From positions 13,082,001 through 13,146,000 of the forward strand of contig JBHGNT010000001.1 of NCBI GenBank assembly GCA_043228905.1: a stretch of DNA of 64,000 bases, in the 5' to 3' direction. Source of the DNA: Azolla caroliniana (taxonomy: Eukaryota > Plantae > Polypodiophyta). The position numbers and the translations under genes were made by a program. The notes under the pieces are model-generated. The model did no database searches. It was not told the DNA's origin and saw only the letters and a list, made by a program, of their open reading frames with translations. This document shows, in pieces, positions 42,245-55,081 of this stretch (positions are counted from its first letter, which is position 1; each line of letters starts with the position of its first letter).

Positions 42245-45200
42245 GTTGCAATAGCCATTGAAGCCATATGGCTTCACAGGTGGCGACGGTAGCGCCCCGA
42301 TACTCAGCCTTAGTGTTCGGTAGAACCACTATCGACTGCTTTTTGCTGCTCCATGCAACAACCGCGCTACCCAGAGAGAACATAAAACCGGAGGTGGGCC
42401 TAACAATGGGCACGGTTTCGGCTCAAACCGAACCAAACCATTAAACCATGGTTTAACGGTTTATTGGTTCCAATATATTTTGATGGTTTGGTTTGGTTTC
42501 GATTTTCGATAAACGGTTCGGTTCTAAAACTTGGGTTTGGAGGTTTATAGGTTTGGTTTAAAGGTTTAAAGGTTTTTGGTTAACTTTATTTTACCTTAAT
42601 GGTTTATTGATTTAGTGGTTTAATTAATGGTTTTTTATTGATTTAATTAATTTAACTTAAATTTTTATTTAATTAAATGGTTCAATATAAGTTTCTTTTA
42701 TTGATTTAATATATTTAACTTAAATGCTTATTTAATTTAATGTATTTTTGTTTAGTTAGATGTTTAATTAGTTTGATTTAAGTGGTTAGGTTTAAATATT
42801 TTATTAAATGGTTCGGTTTGGTTTTAACTTTTCCCTAAATGGTTTGGTTTTAAATGGTTTTGTTTCAACTTTTTCTTAAATGGTTTGGTTTAAATAATGA
42901 GGGTTCATAAACGGTTTGGTTTGGTTTTTGTTTTAAATAAACGGGTTGGTTTCGGTTTCTTTGCCTTGAAACCGAACCACGCCCATTGCTAGGTGGACCG
43001 ACGATCTAACACATCACCGGCCCAATCAACATCTATATAAGCTTAAACCGACTAGCTTTTATGCTATACCGTGTCGGTATAATAGTCCCTGATCCTTAGT
43101 GCCACTCACATATGTCAATAGTCGGTGCGCGCACTAAAGGTGCGTGACGGTCGACTTATGCATAAATTGACTAATCACTCTAACTGGATAGCTGATGTCA
43201 GGTTGGGTGATTGTTAAGTATATATGGCTCCCGACAATTTGTCGGAACAATTTTTCGTTGCAAGCCAGTCCGGAGTTGGGACGTAGCTTGAGGTTCCGGT
43301 CTAGGGGTGTCAAGATTGGTCGGCACTCGGTCATGTCGAACTTGTATAGCATATTCAACACATAGTGTTGTTGTGACAACGATATAGCATTTCGAATGCG
43401 TCCGACAGTTGGGACTTCACTCGACCGATTTTAGACAGGTCGGGCCCGGTAATGACCAAGTCGTCAACATACAACAAAATGCATACCGGACCTTTTGGAC
43501 CCTTTCGGATGAACAACAAAGAGTTGGACTTCGAGGCCGTAAACCACATCTTACGCAACCGGTGTGTTATCTTTGAATTCCAAGCACGCGAGAGTTGCTT
43601 CAGGTCATAAAGCGACTTCTTGAGTCGGCACATTGCCGACATGTTCATCTCCGACTAAAATCCGGGGGGCTGGATCATATAGACTTGTCCTTCAAGGTCG
43701 TCCATAAGAAACACATTCTTCATGTCCATTTGGTGAAGATGCCACCCCCTTGCCGCAACAACTACCAGCACCACATAGACCATCGTCATCTTCGCTACAG
43801 GAGCGAAGGTCTCGTCGTAGTCGATTCCGTGGGTTTGCGCATATCCTTTGACCACTAATCGGGCCTTGTATTGGTTGACCGAACCATCGGTGTTTTACTT
43901 CACCTTGTATACCCACTTGCAACCGATCGGTTTGCAATGTCAGAGAGGGTCAACCATGTCCCACGTGTCGTTGGCACCGAGTGCCTGCATTTCTTCCTCC
44001 ATTGCGGCACACTAGTTCACGTCTTTCTCCGCGTCTGCCTAGCTCTCCGGCTCATGCACTTCCGCCACTTTCCTCATGTATGCATAGTGATGCACCATGT
44101 ACTCATTATACCTATACCGCTTCACGGGATTCTTTTGGCGAGTCAATCGGCTAACTTCTCGTTAGCCAATTTAAGGGCCCTCTTGGCCGACTCAGACTTC
44201 ATCTCCGAAGGTCCGTCCTCATTCTTTCCGGAGTCGGATTCTCTTCGATCCGACTCGTCTCTGCCGGTGTCATATTCCGACAACTTCTTCTTCTCCTTCT
44301 CTTTGCGTGTGAACCGTCTCCTCGGTTCCTTGTGTAGGGAAAGCATGACCGAGTCTTCACTACTCGCCGACTCATCATCCTGTTGGTCTTTTTGACTCAG
44401 CTCTTCATTCGGCCCACTCAGCCGGAATGAGATCGGACTCTCATCTAGAGTACCGACCTCTTCTTCTTCTTCTTCTTCTTCTGCTTGGATCATTTCAGGC
44501 TCACTAGCCTCATCCTCCATGATTGGGTAGTCGGTATTGTCAGGGATCAGAGTCAGAGTCGGTAAGGAGTACCATGATGCCACCTCATCGAAATCGACAT
44601 CTCGACTTACTCGAACTTGTTTTGTTCCGGGGTTATAAAACTTATAACCCTTCTGTTTGTGTGAGTGGCTGACCAAAATGTATTTCTCCGACTTCGGGCC
44701 CAATTTCCTCTGCTTCTCATCTGGTACATGCACATACGCTATCCTACAGGATACCATATGGTGTCTTAAGTTCGACTTCCTTTCAAAATACAGCTTGTGT
44801 GCTAACACCTTCTCCCGGATCCGGTTTTGAATGTAGACGGTTGTATAGACCGCATCGGCCCATTAGAACTTGGGCATGCTCTTTTCTTCCAGCATTACCC
44901 TTTTCGCTTCCACAACTGACCAGTTCTTCCTCTCAGCTACGCTGTTTTGTTCTGGTGTATATCTGCTACTGAATTCTCGTCGAATTCCCTTATGTTGTAG
45001 ATAACCGTTGAATTGGCCAGAAAAATACTCTTTCCCGCCATCCAACCATAGGCAATTGATCTTCCTCTCGGTTTCTCGTTCAACAAGACTTTGTAGGTTC
45101 GAGCGGGTGAGGGGTGTTGTCTCCGGTTTCGACAACTCCCGATTGCTCCAGTTTCTCCAAATACGAGAACCACTCTTCATGGCTCATCATATGGTGCAAC

Positions 45201-46769
45201 GCTCCGGTGTCAACATACCACACTTCTTTCGACTTGGAGGTGGTCTTCTTCATCAAGTTTTCCTTGTGCTTCATCACAAAGGTGGGGCCCAATCCATTTC
45301 CGGTCTTTCCGGTTCTGGATCCTTTTGATCCTTCGGCGTAGTGTGAGCGTTGCCGACTCCCTTGTCCGGCCTTGCCGGATCCGGATTTGTCCGAGTCGGT
45401 GCGCTTCTTCCAACACTCGCTCTCCTGGTGGCCTTTCTTGCCACAATACCAACATTTCGTTTCGGTTTTCGATTGTCGGTCCCCACGCCTCCTTGACTCC
45501 CCCTACTCGTGGAGGGTTCAGAACTACTGTCAGCACTATCTCCGTGCCTCCGATTCTACTCTTGTCGGCCGCCACTATTGCGTTCTGAGCCACCTCGTCC
45601 TCCACACCCACGGGGCCGATCTGTCGTCGTGTACAACATCCGACTATCCGATTGAGTGGTCCTCGAACCACTCGTGTGGTTTTCTTTGACCATCAACATC
45701 AATTGCAGATCAAAGAAAGACGGTGGCTTCTCCCGGGTGCAAATCGCCGTTCGGATAGGCCCGTACCTTTGCGCTAAACCACTGAGGCATATCTGGACCA
45801 TTTCATCCTCGTCCACTGTCATGTTGATGGACCCCAACACGCTGCAGAGATCTCCTTTATTTTAGTGGTCTAGTCTGTAACCGACATGTTCCTTTGTCGG
45901 ATGTTGTTGAGCTCTTGCTAGAGTTGCAACTTACAGGCCGTGGTACTAGTTGCGAAAATCTTCTTTAGATTTTCCCAAGCATCTTTCAACATTCTTATGT
46001 TTTTGATGTAGCCAAGCATTTGATCATGCAGATAGGATGCGAGGCAGTACAACACCCTGCTCGCTCCTTGCTCCCACGCCAGGAAGTCCTTGTGTGCTGA
46101 TTCTGGAGCTACTTCATTCGCTCCTTTGACATAACTCCAGTAACCGTGCCCCAACAAGTACTGGTGCATCTTGTAAGACCAAGATGCATAGTTGCTTCTG
46201 TCGAGTTTCTCCGTCAGAAGCGAGCTAGCTATTCTTCTGTCTATCTCCTCTTTTGTCGGATCTTTACCGGAATTTAGGTTTTTGTCTATCTAGTGCTTTC
46301 TGTTGACAACAGAGGATTTTCAACCCTCGCGCTTTGATACCATGTCAAAGTTAATGTGCGGAAGCTTAAACAAACCGGCTCAACTGGATAGCAACAGAAA
46401 ATAGAACTAGGTTTAATGGAAAGCTTGAATCACACACACAAAGAGTATGCAGGAGAGACAAATAGACCAAAACAACATAAACTCAAATTCAACAATATCA
46501 CTCTGTACATACAATGTGCTCAATGAGCACTTTTATACAAGTTCTTAAAAGGACTGACAGAAGTACTAACATGTACTTCAATGCTCGTACTAAGCGACTG
46601 ACATTGACTCCCAAAAATATGCCTACGTACTAGGCTAGGATCGTGGGCCTCTAACGGCCTACCAGTTACACTTAGATCCGGACACCGATCTACCTCCCTA
46701 TTCCGGACACCGATCCGGCTCTTCGCTTATTCAGCCGATTCGGATCATGTTGAGTTTGTCCGCTCAATA
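42245..46769 (-). mobile_element. Ty1/copia LTR retrotransposon D, decayed and 3'-truncated
   Basis: 5' LTR about 46345-46769 (termini mutated), PBS TGGTATCAAAGC at 46331-46342. gag MHQYLLGHGYW, protease WYVDTGA, integrase, RT LYVDDL, RNase H WSSKKQ...EAIWL. No 3' LTR. Confidence 0.85.
42401..42991. mobile_element. hAT-type MITE inserted in the RNase H of copia D
   Basis: TIRs TAACAATGGGCACGGTT / AACCACGCCCATTGCTA. 8-bp TSD GGTGGGCC / GGTGGACC (1 mismatch). GGTT-rich subterminal repeats. Confidence 0.85.
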
Positions 46770-49700
46770 ACCTTCATCAGTCAAGAGGATGTATTGACTG
46801 GCATATGTAGTCAGTGCTCTCCTTTCCCTTTGTGAGTATCTCCTGCCACCCATTTGCGGCTTCGGTTCGGATGTCTCCGTCGACTCTTCCCTCGGCTCGG
46901 GTTCATACCCGTCGATTGGTTGCTCAGGATTAGCAGTCTCTGAATTGTATTCCTCAATAAGCTTCAATAGGTCTAACAACTCCGAATAATATGTATTGGT
47001 CGGTTGCTCCGAGTTGACCGACTCGATTTGGTTGTGCCGACTGGCAGTCTCCGAACAATTGGTCCTCAATCGCCTTGTCTTCTAAGAAGACTACATCTCG
47101 ACTCCTCACTACTTTCTTATCGACTAAGTCCCACAACCTGTATTCGAACTCATCCTCTAAGTACCCGAGGAATATGTATGGTTTCGACTTACTGTAGAGC
47201 TTTGACCTTTGATCCTTAGACACATGCATATACACCAAACATCCGAACACCCTCATGTGTCAGTAGGAGACTTCCTTTCCTGTCCACACCGTTTGTGGGA
47301 CATCACCTTTCAATGGCACCGAGGGAGACATTTTGATAAGATAAACAACTATATACATCACCTCAACCTAGAACGATTTTGGCAACTTACCATGCAACAA
47401 CATGCTCCTTACTCTCTCCATGATCGTTAGATTCATCCTCTCTACAAGCCCATTCAACTCAGGGGTCTTTGGTACTGAGTATTCGATTCGAATACCTTGG
47501 GCCTTGCAGTATTCTTCAAACTGCCCTCTATATTCGCCACTTCTGACTCGACTCTCTTTCAGCTCTTGCCTAGAACTCCTTGAAGAACAACAATACTTGA
47601 TCTTTCGACTTTAGTACGAAAGCCCGCAACTTTTGAGTGTAGTCGTCAATGAAGGTTACAAAGTACTGTCTGACATGATGCAATGGTGCATCTAGATAGC
47701 ACATGTTTGTGTGCACTAGTTCTAATGTAGCTTCTCTTCTTCTTGGTGGTCTTGTGTGGAATGCAACTCTATTCTGCTTTCCGACTAAGCAGTCGACACA
47801 CTTCTCCAAGTCTAATCCTTTCACTTCTGGGAGAAGTTTCTAGTCAGCTAGGATATGCATCCCCTTTTCACTCATGAGGCCAAGTCTCTTATGCCATAAC
47901 TCTCCATTTGAGTCGACTGGCACATTTACTTCCGACTTGCACAACTTGGCTTGCATCATGTACAATGTGTCTTGTTTCTATGCTCGTGCCACTATGAGGT
48001 TTCCTCGGTAGAACTTCCACTTGCCATTTCGAAATCTACCACTATAGCCTTCGTCATCCAATCTTCCAGTCAATATCAGATTCAGCCTGATATTGGGGAC
48101 ATGTCGAACTTCCCTAAGAGTTAGTCGACAACCTATTGACGTCGTCAGGCTTACACTTCCTATGTTGGCTATCTTGCACTCCCCATTATCTCCCATCTTC
48201 ACATAGCCATGATCCCCAATTATGTAAGTCGAGAAGTATTCTCTTGAGGGAGTTATATGAAAGGATGCACCAAAGTTGATCACCCATGTGCACTCTTCAT
48301 CTGCAAGTTTTGCACTTGCCTACTCACAAATGAACAACAGTTCTTCTTCGCTCGAAGTGACGGCTGAAGTGTCCTTTTCATCAGGAATCTTCCTGGGTTC
48401 AACATCATTACCGACACCTTTGTCACTCTTGAGGTGTCGACAGTCCTTTTGGAAGTGTCCAGGTTTTCAACAATAAAAGCATGTCAGCTTACCTGTGGAC
48501 ATGGACTTGACATGTGACTTTTCTCTCCTCTATGGACTTCTTTGCTGGTTCCTTCCTCTACCAGTGTGTTGAGCCACATTTGACTCCGATTGGGACAAGA
48601 AACCCTTGCCCGTCCTTCTCGTCTCCTTGTTCAAGATGCTTGTCTTTACCTCTTGCAAGGACAAGTTCTCTTCATGACACGAGGTGCTGAGAGTCACCAC
48701 CAGGTTCTCCCAGCTATCCGGCAAGGTACAGAACAGTAGGATGGCCTACATTGCATCATCAAGGGGGAACTTGGTTGTAACAAGTTGGTTCACATACCCC
48801 ATGAATGTGTTTACATGCTCCACAATGGTATCTCCGTCCCTGTACTTCAACCTCACAATCTTTCTCATCAAATGCGTTTTGTTGAGGGCATTCTTCCTCT
48901 TATACAGACCTGACAACTTTTGCCACATCTCATAGGCATTTGTGTCATTAGCCACGTGCGGAAGGACACTCACATCGACACACTGTTTGATGGTGGACAC
49001 CGCCTTTCTATTAAGAAGTTTCCATTCAGACTCTAATACCCCTGTGGGTATTTCTGCTCTATCGATGGGTTCGTACAAGTCTTTAACTATGAGGAGATAT
49101 TCCGGTCTGCATAGTTGTGTGAGTTCAGGACCATCATTCTTGGAAAGCCACTCACACCTCCTTCTATCTTTCACTTGTCACTTTGATACCAGTTTGTTGA
49201 GATGGGATTGTAAATCAATGAGGAAGATATGGTGAAATGTATAGACAGAACGCGAAAATAGCAAAATGGATAAATACACAATACACAAAGTTTTACGTGG
49301 AAACCCTAAACAGGGAAAACCACGGGAACAAAGGTCCACTATATCAGAGAATGTACAGAGATAAAATAGATTACAAACACTCTTCAAAATAGAGCGTCAC
49401 AGCCACATAGGGCTCTTAGCCTCTAACCTCACTCAGCTATGGCCCCGATCACACACTCTCTGTTACACTCACACAACAGAAACTCTATTATGTTGCTTTT
49501 GTTCTACACACACACTCAAAAAATTACCCTAGGTGTATTTATACTTATACACCGTATGGGCTTTTTACAATAGTAACCTCTACTACTATCATTCCTATTA
49601 TTATAGTAACAACAGTAGCAGTTAATCAGCCGACTCTTATGTCGTATGTCCAGTCAGCCTTGCCTTCGACCATCCGATCGGCCTGACTAATCGGTCGTGT

Positions 49701-49867
49701 CTTCGACTTGGATCACATATACAATGATGTCGACTCTCCCAGTCGACTCTTCATGTCTTTGACTGTCGGCTCTTAGCTAGACCAATGGGCTACTCTTTGT
49801 CATCGACTGTCGGTCCTTATTCAACCAAATAGTCAGTTCCTCCCACAGGAGGGACATATTCCTAACA
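46770..49867 (-). mobile_element. Ty1/copia element E (Tnt1/Tork-like), 5' half
   Basis: LTR 49195-49867 (TGTTAGG...CAACA), PBS TGGTATCAAAG at 49181-49191. gag LNRKAVSTIKQC, protease GASFHIT, CVDCLVGKQ, FIDDY integrase, ending YILLTDEG at the copia D insertion. Confidence 0.85.
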
Positions 49868-51964
49868 AAGGACTCATGACATATGGAAACATGTGGTAGT
49901 CCAAGAGGTTTATGCATTGGGTTATGTGACGGGGATTACCTACCCTCTTCATTATGGCACTTGGAAAGTTGAGACTCTATGTTCCTAATCCCTAGGAAAC
50001 ATGGGTCGGATACTCAATCCCTGAGTACCCTTCACCAAAATCATGGTAGGAGGGATGGGAATAATACGCAGACTGCAATTAATATTAGCCGGATCAAATA
50101 TGACCATTTAGCAACAAAAACATAACAGGATTCGACTGATATACACACAGTCCGAATTGGCTAACAATCATCAGTCTGAATTGACTACACCGCCAATCGG
50201 TTAATAATCACACAATAATTCTCAGAATGGTTAAGAACACTCAAAGATTAGTAATCATAGGTACAATATGCACAAAACTCATATATACATTACGCTTCAT
50301 CTACAAACAACTTTATATAAGATCCATGGCCCTTTTTATAGGTAAGCATGGAATGATACAATGCCGGATCAAATTGGCACATACTTCTTGATCATATCTC
50401 TTCCCTAAAAATCATAACTATTCGGATCTAATCTAAAACATCGCTTTTAATAATTTAATTACAAGAATATATCGGCTTTATTGACCTCAGACCCCTAGCC
50501 AGTCTGTTTGATTCAACTCCTTTCACACTGTAGCCAGCTATGGCTATTTTGACCTTGCTCCACGCTAGCTTCCCGCTTCTAAGGGTAACACATGGCACGC
50601 CCGTGGGATAGTACGTTGCACGATGAACCCAAAAAATTACCCTAAGTTTCCTCCAAAATATGCACTCTACTGAGCGTCGGCTCCCCTTCTACTTCGGTTT
50701 GAATCAGCTGGTCCGCGGTTGTGGCTTCTTCGGCTCCTTGTTCCAGCTGCTCTTCCTCCAACCTCTTGATTAGCCGCTCCACTTGCTCAGTTAGTTTCGA
50801 AAATTCAATATTCGACATGACCTGCTCTTCCCTTGTCGATTGTGTTGGTTCCAGTTGTGTCTCGTTTGCTTCACCAAGTGGTTGCTCTTGTTCATTGGTT
50901 CCTTGCTCAGGTTGCCTTTCTCCCTTCCGCTCCGCAATCGGCTCTTCCTCCTCACTAATCAATACTGGCTTAGATCAGTCTCCTTCTGACGTCATCTGTT
51001 CTTTCTCATAGGCTTCTAACTCTATGGCGAATTGCAATTGATCATCATTAAATTCTTCCAGCAATTTTCGGTTTTCTTCAGAATGGGTCTGGGCTAACGC
51101 ATAGAAGTCGTCAGTAAGATCTTCTCTAATTGTAATGATATGTTGCTTATCCATTTTGTCGAAACCTTTGTTGTTTTTTTGCTGATTTTCGTAATCGGCC
51201 CTATATGTTTGCAATTTCGCCGCTTGCGCCGACCATGCCTTCCATATTACTTCTAAGTTTTCCTCAATCTTCTTATCTAGGTTGTTTTCTCTGGTTTTTT
51301 CCATAATGATTTTTATCCTTGTTGCCCCCATTTTGGCTTTTGCTAAGGCTTCTTGCTTTTCCTGCTTGAGCCGCTTAATTGTTGCTATGGCCGACTGCAC
51401 TTCCATTTCATGATTCTAGATTTGTGAATTATAGCTCTTCCCACTCCTTTCCAGAGTTCTTTTTGTTCATCGTTCAACATGTCGATTTCCATTCTAGTTC
51501 TCCACCCACTTTTGGCTTCGGTTTGCGACTGAAGGGACGAGCTCCAATCTCTTTCTAAAAGGTTAACTTGATGAAAGCGGATTTGCATTCCTTTTCGAGG
51601 GTTTATCTTGCCTTTTTTTCTCCTCAAGAGAAGAGATTGGCGGGTAGGCTTCAACAACAATGTCTTTCTCCGTGATTAGCCGTTCTCTCTCCTCGTTGGC
51701 TTCGGTCCGCAGTCTGGTTATCTCCGTTTCGATCACCGTGGTCTGATTTTGGAAGGCTTCCTCCCCAAAGGGAGTTCGCCGTTGTGGTCACCAAATAAGT
51801 GTATATGGTGTTGATGGAATGTAGATGGGGTGGGGGGTGGTGCCTAGAATGGCTCGACTCCCCTCCCAAGGGGGTGCAACGAGAGGGAGGGAGGGAGGGA
51901 GGGAGGGTGAGAGAAAGAGACGTCAAAGAGAAAGAGAGATTGAGAGAGGAAGCTTTTTTCTTAT
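49868..51964 (-). mobile_element. Element F1 of the dual-tRNA-site LTR family (possibly chimeric), with ORF remnant
   Basis: LTR-like end ...GGGTAACA at 50590 followed by TGGCACGCCCGTGGGA (50593-50608). Minus PBS TGGTGACCACA ends at 51793 next to an LTR starting at 51800 that resembles the element A LTR and continues at 55052-55081. The left LTR does not visibly match the right one. Confidence 0.65.
50642..51660 (-). pseudogene. Decayed acidic coiled-coil ORF of unknown function inside F1
   Basis: ORFs 50975-51406 and 50642-50962 are in the same frame separated by one stop. E/K/Q-rich helical composition, located downstream of the PBS. Confidence 0.45.
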
Positions 51965-54900
51965 TGTTGATGGGTGGGGGGGGTGAAGCCTAGAATGGCT
52001 TCACCTGCCTCCCAAGGGGGATTACCTGTGAGGGAGAGAGAGAAAGACAGAAATAGAGAATGACACAGAAAATGAGAGGGGAAAAATCTATTACATTATG
52101 CCCCATGGGTGGGGTTTATATAGTACAAGAGGTAACCGTTACAAAGAATGAGACAAGTAGGGAGTTACATTACTTACCTACTTTCTCACCTTTGTACACA
52201 TGCACACAAATGTGTATGTGTTCATACACATACTCATCCTCACACACTCATTCATATTACACATACACATCAACCACATTATCATGTTCCACCCCTTATG
52301 CCTCCCCGTATATTCTAACGGGTAACACATGGCACACCTGTGGGACAATGTATTGCACGGTGAACCCACTCGCCATGGCAACTCTTCTTGACCGAAACTC
52401 CATCGGTCGTCTCAACGGTCGGAAATCCCTCGACCGGATCACTGCTCTACGGTCAATAACTTCGATCGGAGCTTTGCTTGACTCGAACCTTCTCGTTCGG
52501 TCAACACATGTCACGATTGTCCACTATGGCATGGGTCATGAAATCGTTGAATGTATGTGTAATTTTAGTTTCGTCATATAAAGTGAGTATTATATTTTGA
52601 ACCCTTTAAAATCTTTACCCTCAAGTTTTTTAAAATTTTTACCATATGCCCCGCCCTCCGGTTTTTGAAAATTTCTCTTTTGCCCTCTAATTTTTGAAAT
52701 TTTGTCATATGTCCTAGAGCTTTTGAAATTTCACACTCTGCCCTCGGGTTCTTGAAATTCTATCTTACGCCCTTAGGTTTCTGAAATTCCTCACTATGCC
52801 CCTCCGTTTTTCAAAATTTTGTTTCAGCCCCTTTCGTTTCTCTCTATTCTTTCCTGTTGTCTTATGCTTGTATTTTTCCTTCTTTTCCATGGTCGTCTTG
52901 TTCTTTTCTTCTTGTTTTCGTTTCTGGTTTCTCGCTTCTGTTCCTTTCCTTCCCTTTTATCATGGCCTTCCTTTCTGTTCCCTTCTTCTTCTCTTTCTTT
53001 CTCCTTCTTATTTGGCTTCGTCTTCTTCTTATTTTTGTTTTCTCTGCATCCTTTTTGTCTTCCACGTATCTTCTCATTTCTTCCTTTATTCTTCTTGGCT
53101 CTTCTTCTTCCATCGGCCGTCTCTGGGCCATCTCCATCTGTGGTCGTCCCTCTGTCTGTGCGTCCCCTCTGTTCCCCTACAGCCGACTGTCTAACCGACT
53201 GGCCGGCTCTGTCCGTGACCATCTGTCCGTCTGGCGGGCCGCCGCCGTCCAACGGCCTAGGCGTTAGCTGTCTGGCCGTCTAGCGGCCGTCGCTGCCATG
53301 CCGCCGGTTCTTTAGGCTGGCTGTTCGGTCGGGCCGTCTTCTGCCGGCCATCTCCATCTGCCGGCTGGCACCGTTCGCCGGCCGTCAGACCTCTGTCCGG
53401 GGCCATGTCTCAGTATTTCGGCGGTTGTCCTTCGCTGTCTGCGCGGCCGTCACTCGGCCGTCCGCCGACTATCTTAGGCCGTCTGTCTGGGGCTGTCGGA
53501 TCGTCTCTGAAGAAGTTCCTCCTCCTTCAGACTAGACAACAGATCCTTTCCACTCAAGACATGGCACACTAGACGCAACACAACCTCCAGCCACACATTC
53601 ACTAGCATTCATGGTCCTGCTAGGCTCCTTGAAGACATTAGTAAGAATCTTGGTAATTGTAGGGGACTCACTAACCCAAACCCACAACATCAACCAACAA
53701 CATATAACTTATAACTTATGAGTAGAAAATATTTGCTCCTTCTATGGCTCGTTCACAAAGAGAACTAACATGTTGGAAGATAGGATATGCCCTCTTTTCA
53801 AAATCATCCCTTTTCATAAACCCTCACACTTCTTTTTCATCCATCAAACATTCTATGTTCAATGGAGCTTCAGGGTTTGCACTTACGACTTTCTTCATAT
53901 TATCACAACAATCCTCAACCTCTGTAATGCTCTTGCATCAGAATGGGCATCAATCTTGTACTCATCTTTGAACTTTTGACAGAGATGATCAAATAGAAAT
54001 TCATCACAGTCCCTTCCACTTAGGGATCAGTCAAAAGCATGAGTCAACACTTTCAATTGGCCTTTCTTAAAAGCAACCACGCATACTTGCATAACAACGT
54101 GTCCAATATCTATAAAAATAACGCCGATGGGATGACTGCTGCAGAGCAAGGGATTAGAGCTTGACAATGGAACAAGAAGGGGAGGCTAGCTAAGGCTCAA
54201 CAATACCACAAGGGGATCAAGAAGGGATGGAAGATCGTGGATTAGGGGTTTTGTCACAGAAGGAAAACGCAAAGAGTAGGGATGGAAGTGATGGAGTGGG
54301 GAGTGATGGTAGACGTCACAGTCGTGAAGAGCTTGAGATTCAAAAACGTTCAGGTCCATCTTTCTTAGACCAAAGGTATAAAGCACCTTCTTTTTGGGAT
54401 CTTGCAACAACTTGTAGAGATATAGTTGGGAGGCCTAACTCTCGACATATTTTGCCATGTCATCTCTATAACAGGAACCAACATGGAGCTCAACTCTTCT
54501 TCTTGCTTCCTAAACATGCTTTCTCTTAGCTTCCTCGATCTGTTTAGTAGCTTTCTTTAGCTGCATACACTTCCTTGCTTGAAATCAATGTCGCCAAAAC
54601 ATGAGCCGTTTGTTTCTCAACACACACAAACATAGAGATGCAAAGACTGAGGGAGAGATAAACTTCTTCTCAAAGGAGGGTCCGCCATTCGGGCATGCCA
54701 GTGTTAATGGGTGGAGGCTTCACCCCCCTCCCAAGGGGGATTACGTGTGAGGGAGAGAGAGAAAGAGGGAAATAGAGAATGACACAGAAAATGAGAGGGG
54801 AAAAATCTATTACATTATGCCCTATGGGTGGGGTTTATGTTGTACAAGAGGTAACTCTTACAAAGAATGAAACAAGTAGGGAGTTACATTAATTACCTAC

Positions 54901-55046
54901 TTTCTCACCTTTGTACACATGCACACAAATGTGTATGTGTTCATACACATACTCATCCTCACACACGCATTGATATTGCACATACACATCAACCACATTA
55001 TCATGTTCCACCCCTTATGCCTCCCCATATATTCTTACGGGTAACA
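51965..55046 (-). mobile_element. Non-autonomous LTR element F2 (dual-tRNA-site family), nested in the F1 LTR
   Basis: LTRs 51965-52327 and 54702-55046 (TG...CA), TSD CTTAT/CTTTT (1 mismatch). TGGCACACCTGTGGGA at 52330-52345, minus TGGCATGCCCG ending at 54700. The interior start is homologous to element A. Confidence 0.82.
53575..54116 (-). pseudogene. Captured HSP110 (HSP70-14/15/16-type) ATPase-domain fragment
   Basis: Manual translation gives FIDIGHVVMQVCVVAFKKGQLKVLTHAFD*SLSGRDCDE...KFKDEYKID...SANPEAPLNIECLMDEKEV*GFMKRDDFE...KEPSRTMNASECVAGGC, with stops and frameshifts. Confidence 0.85.
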
Positions 55047-55081
55047 CTTTTTATCATTCATGCCCAATGGGGGTTAAATAG

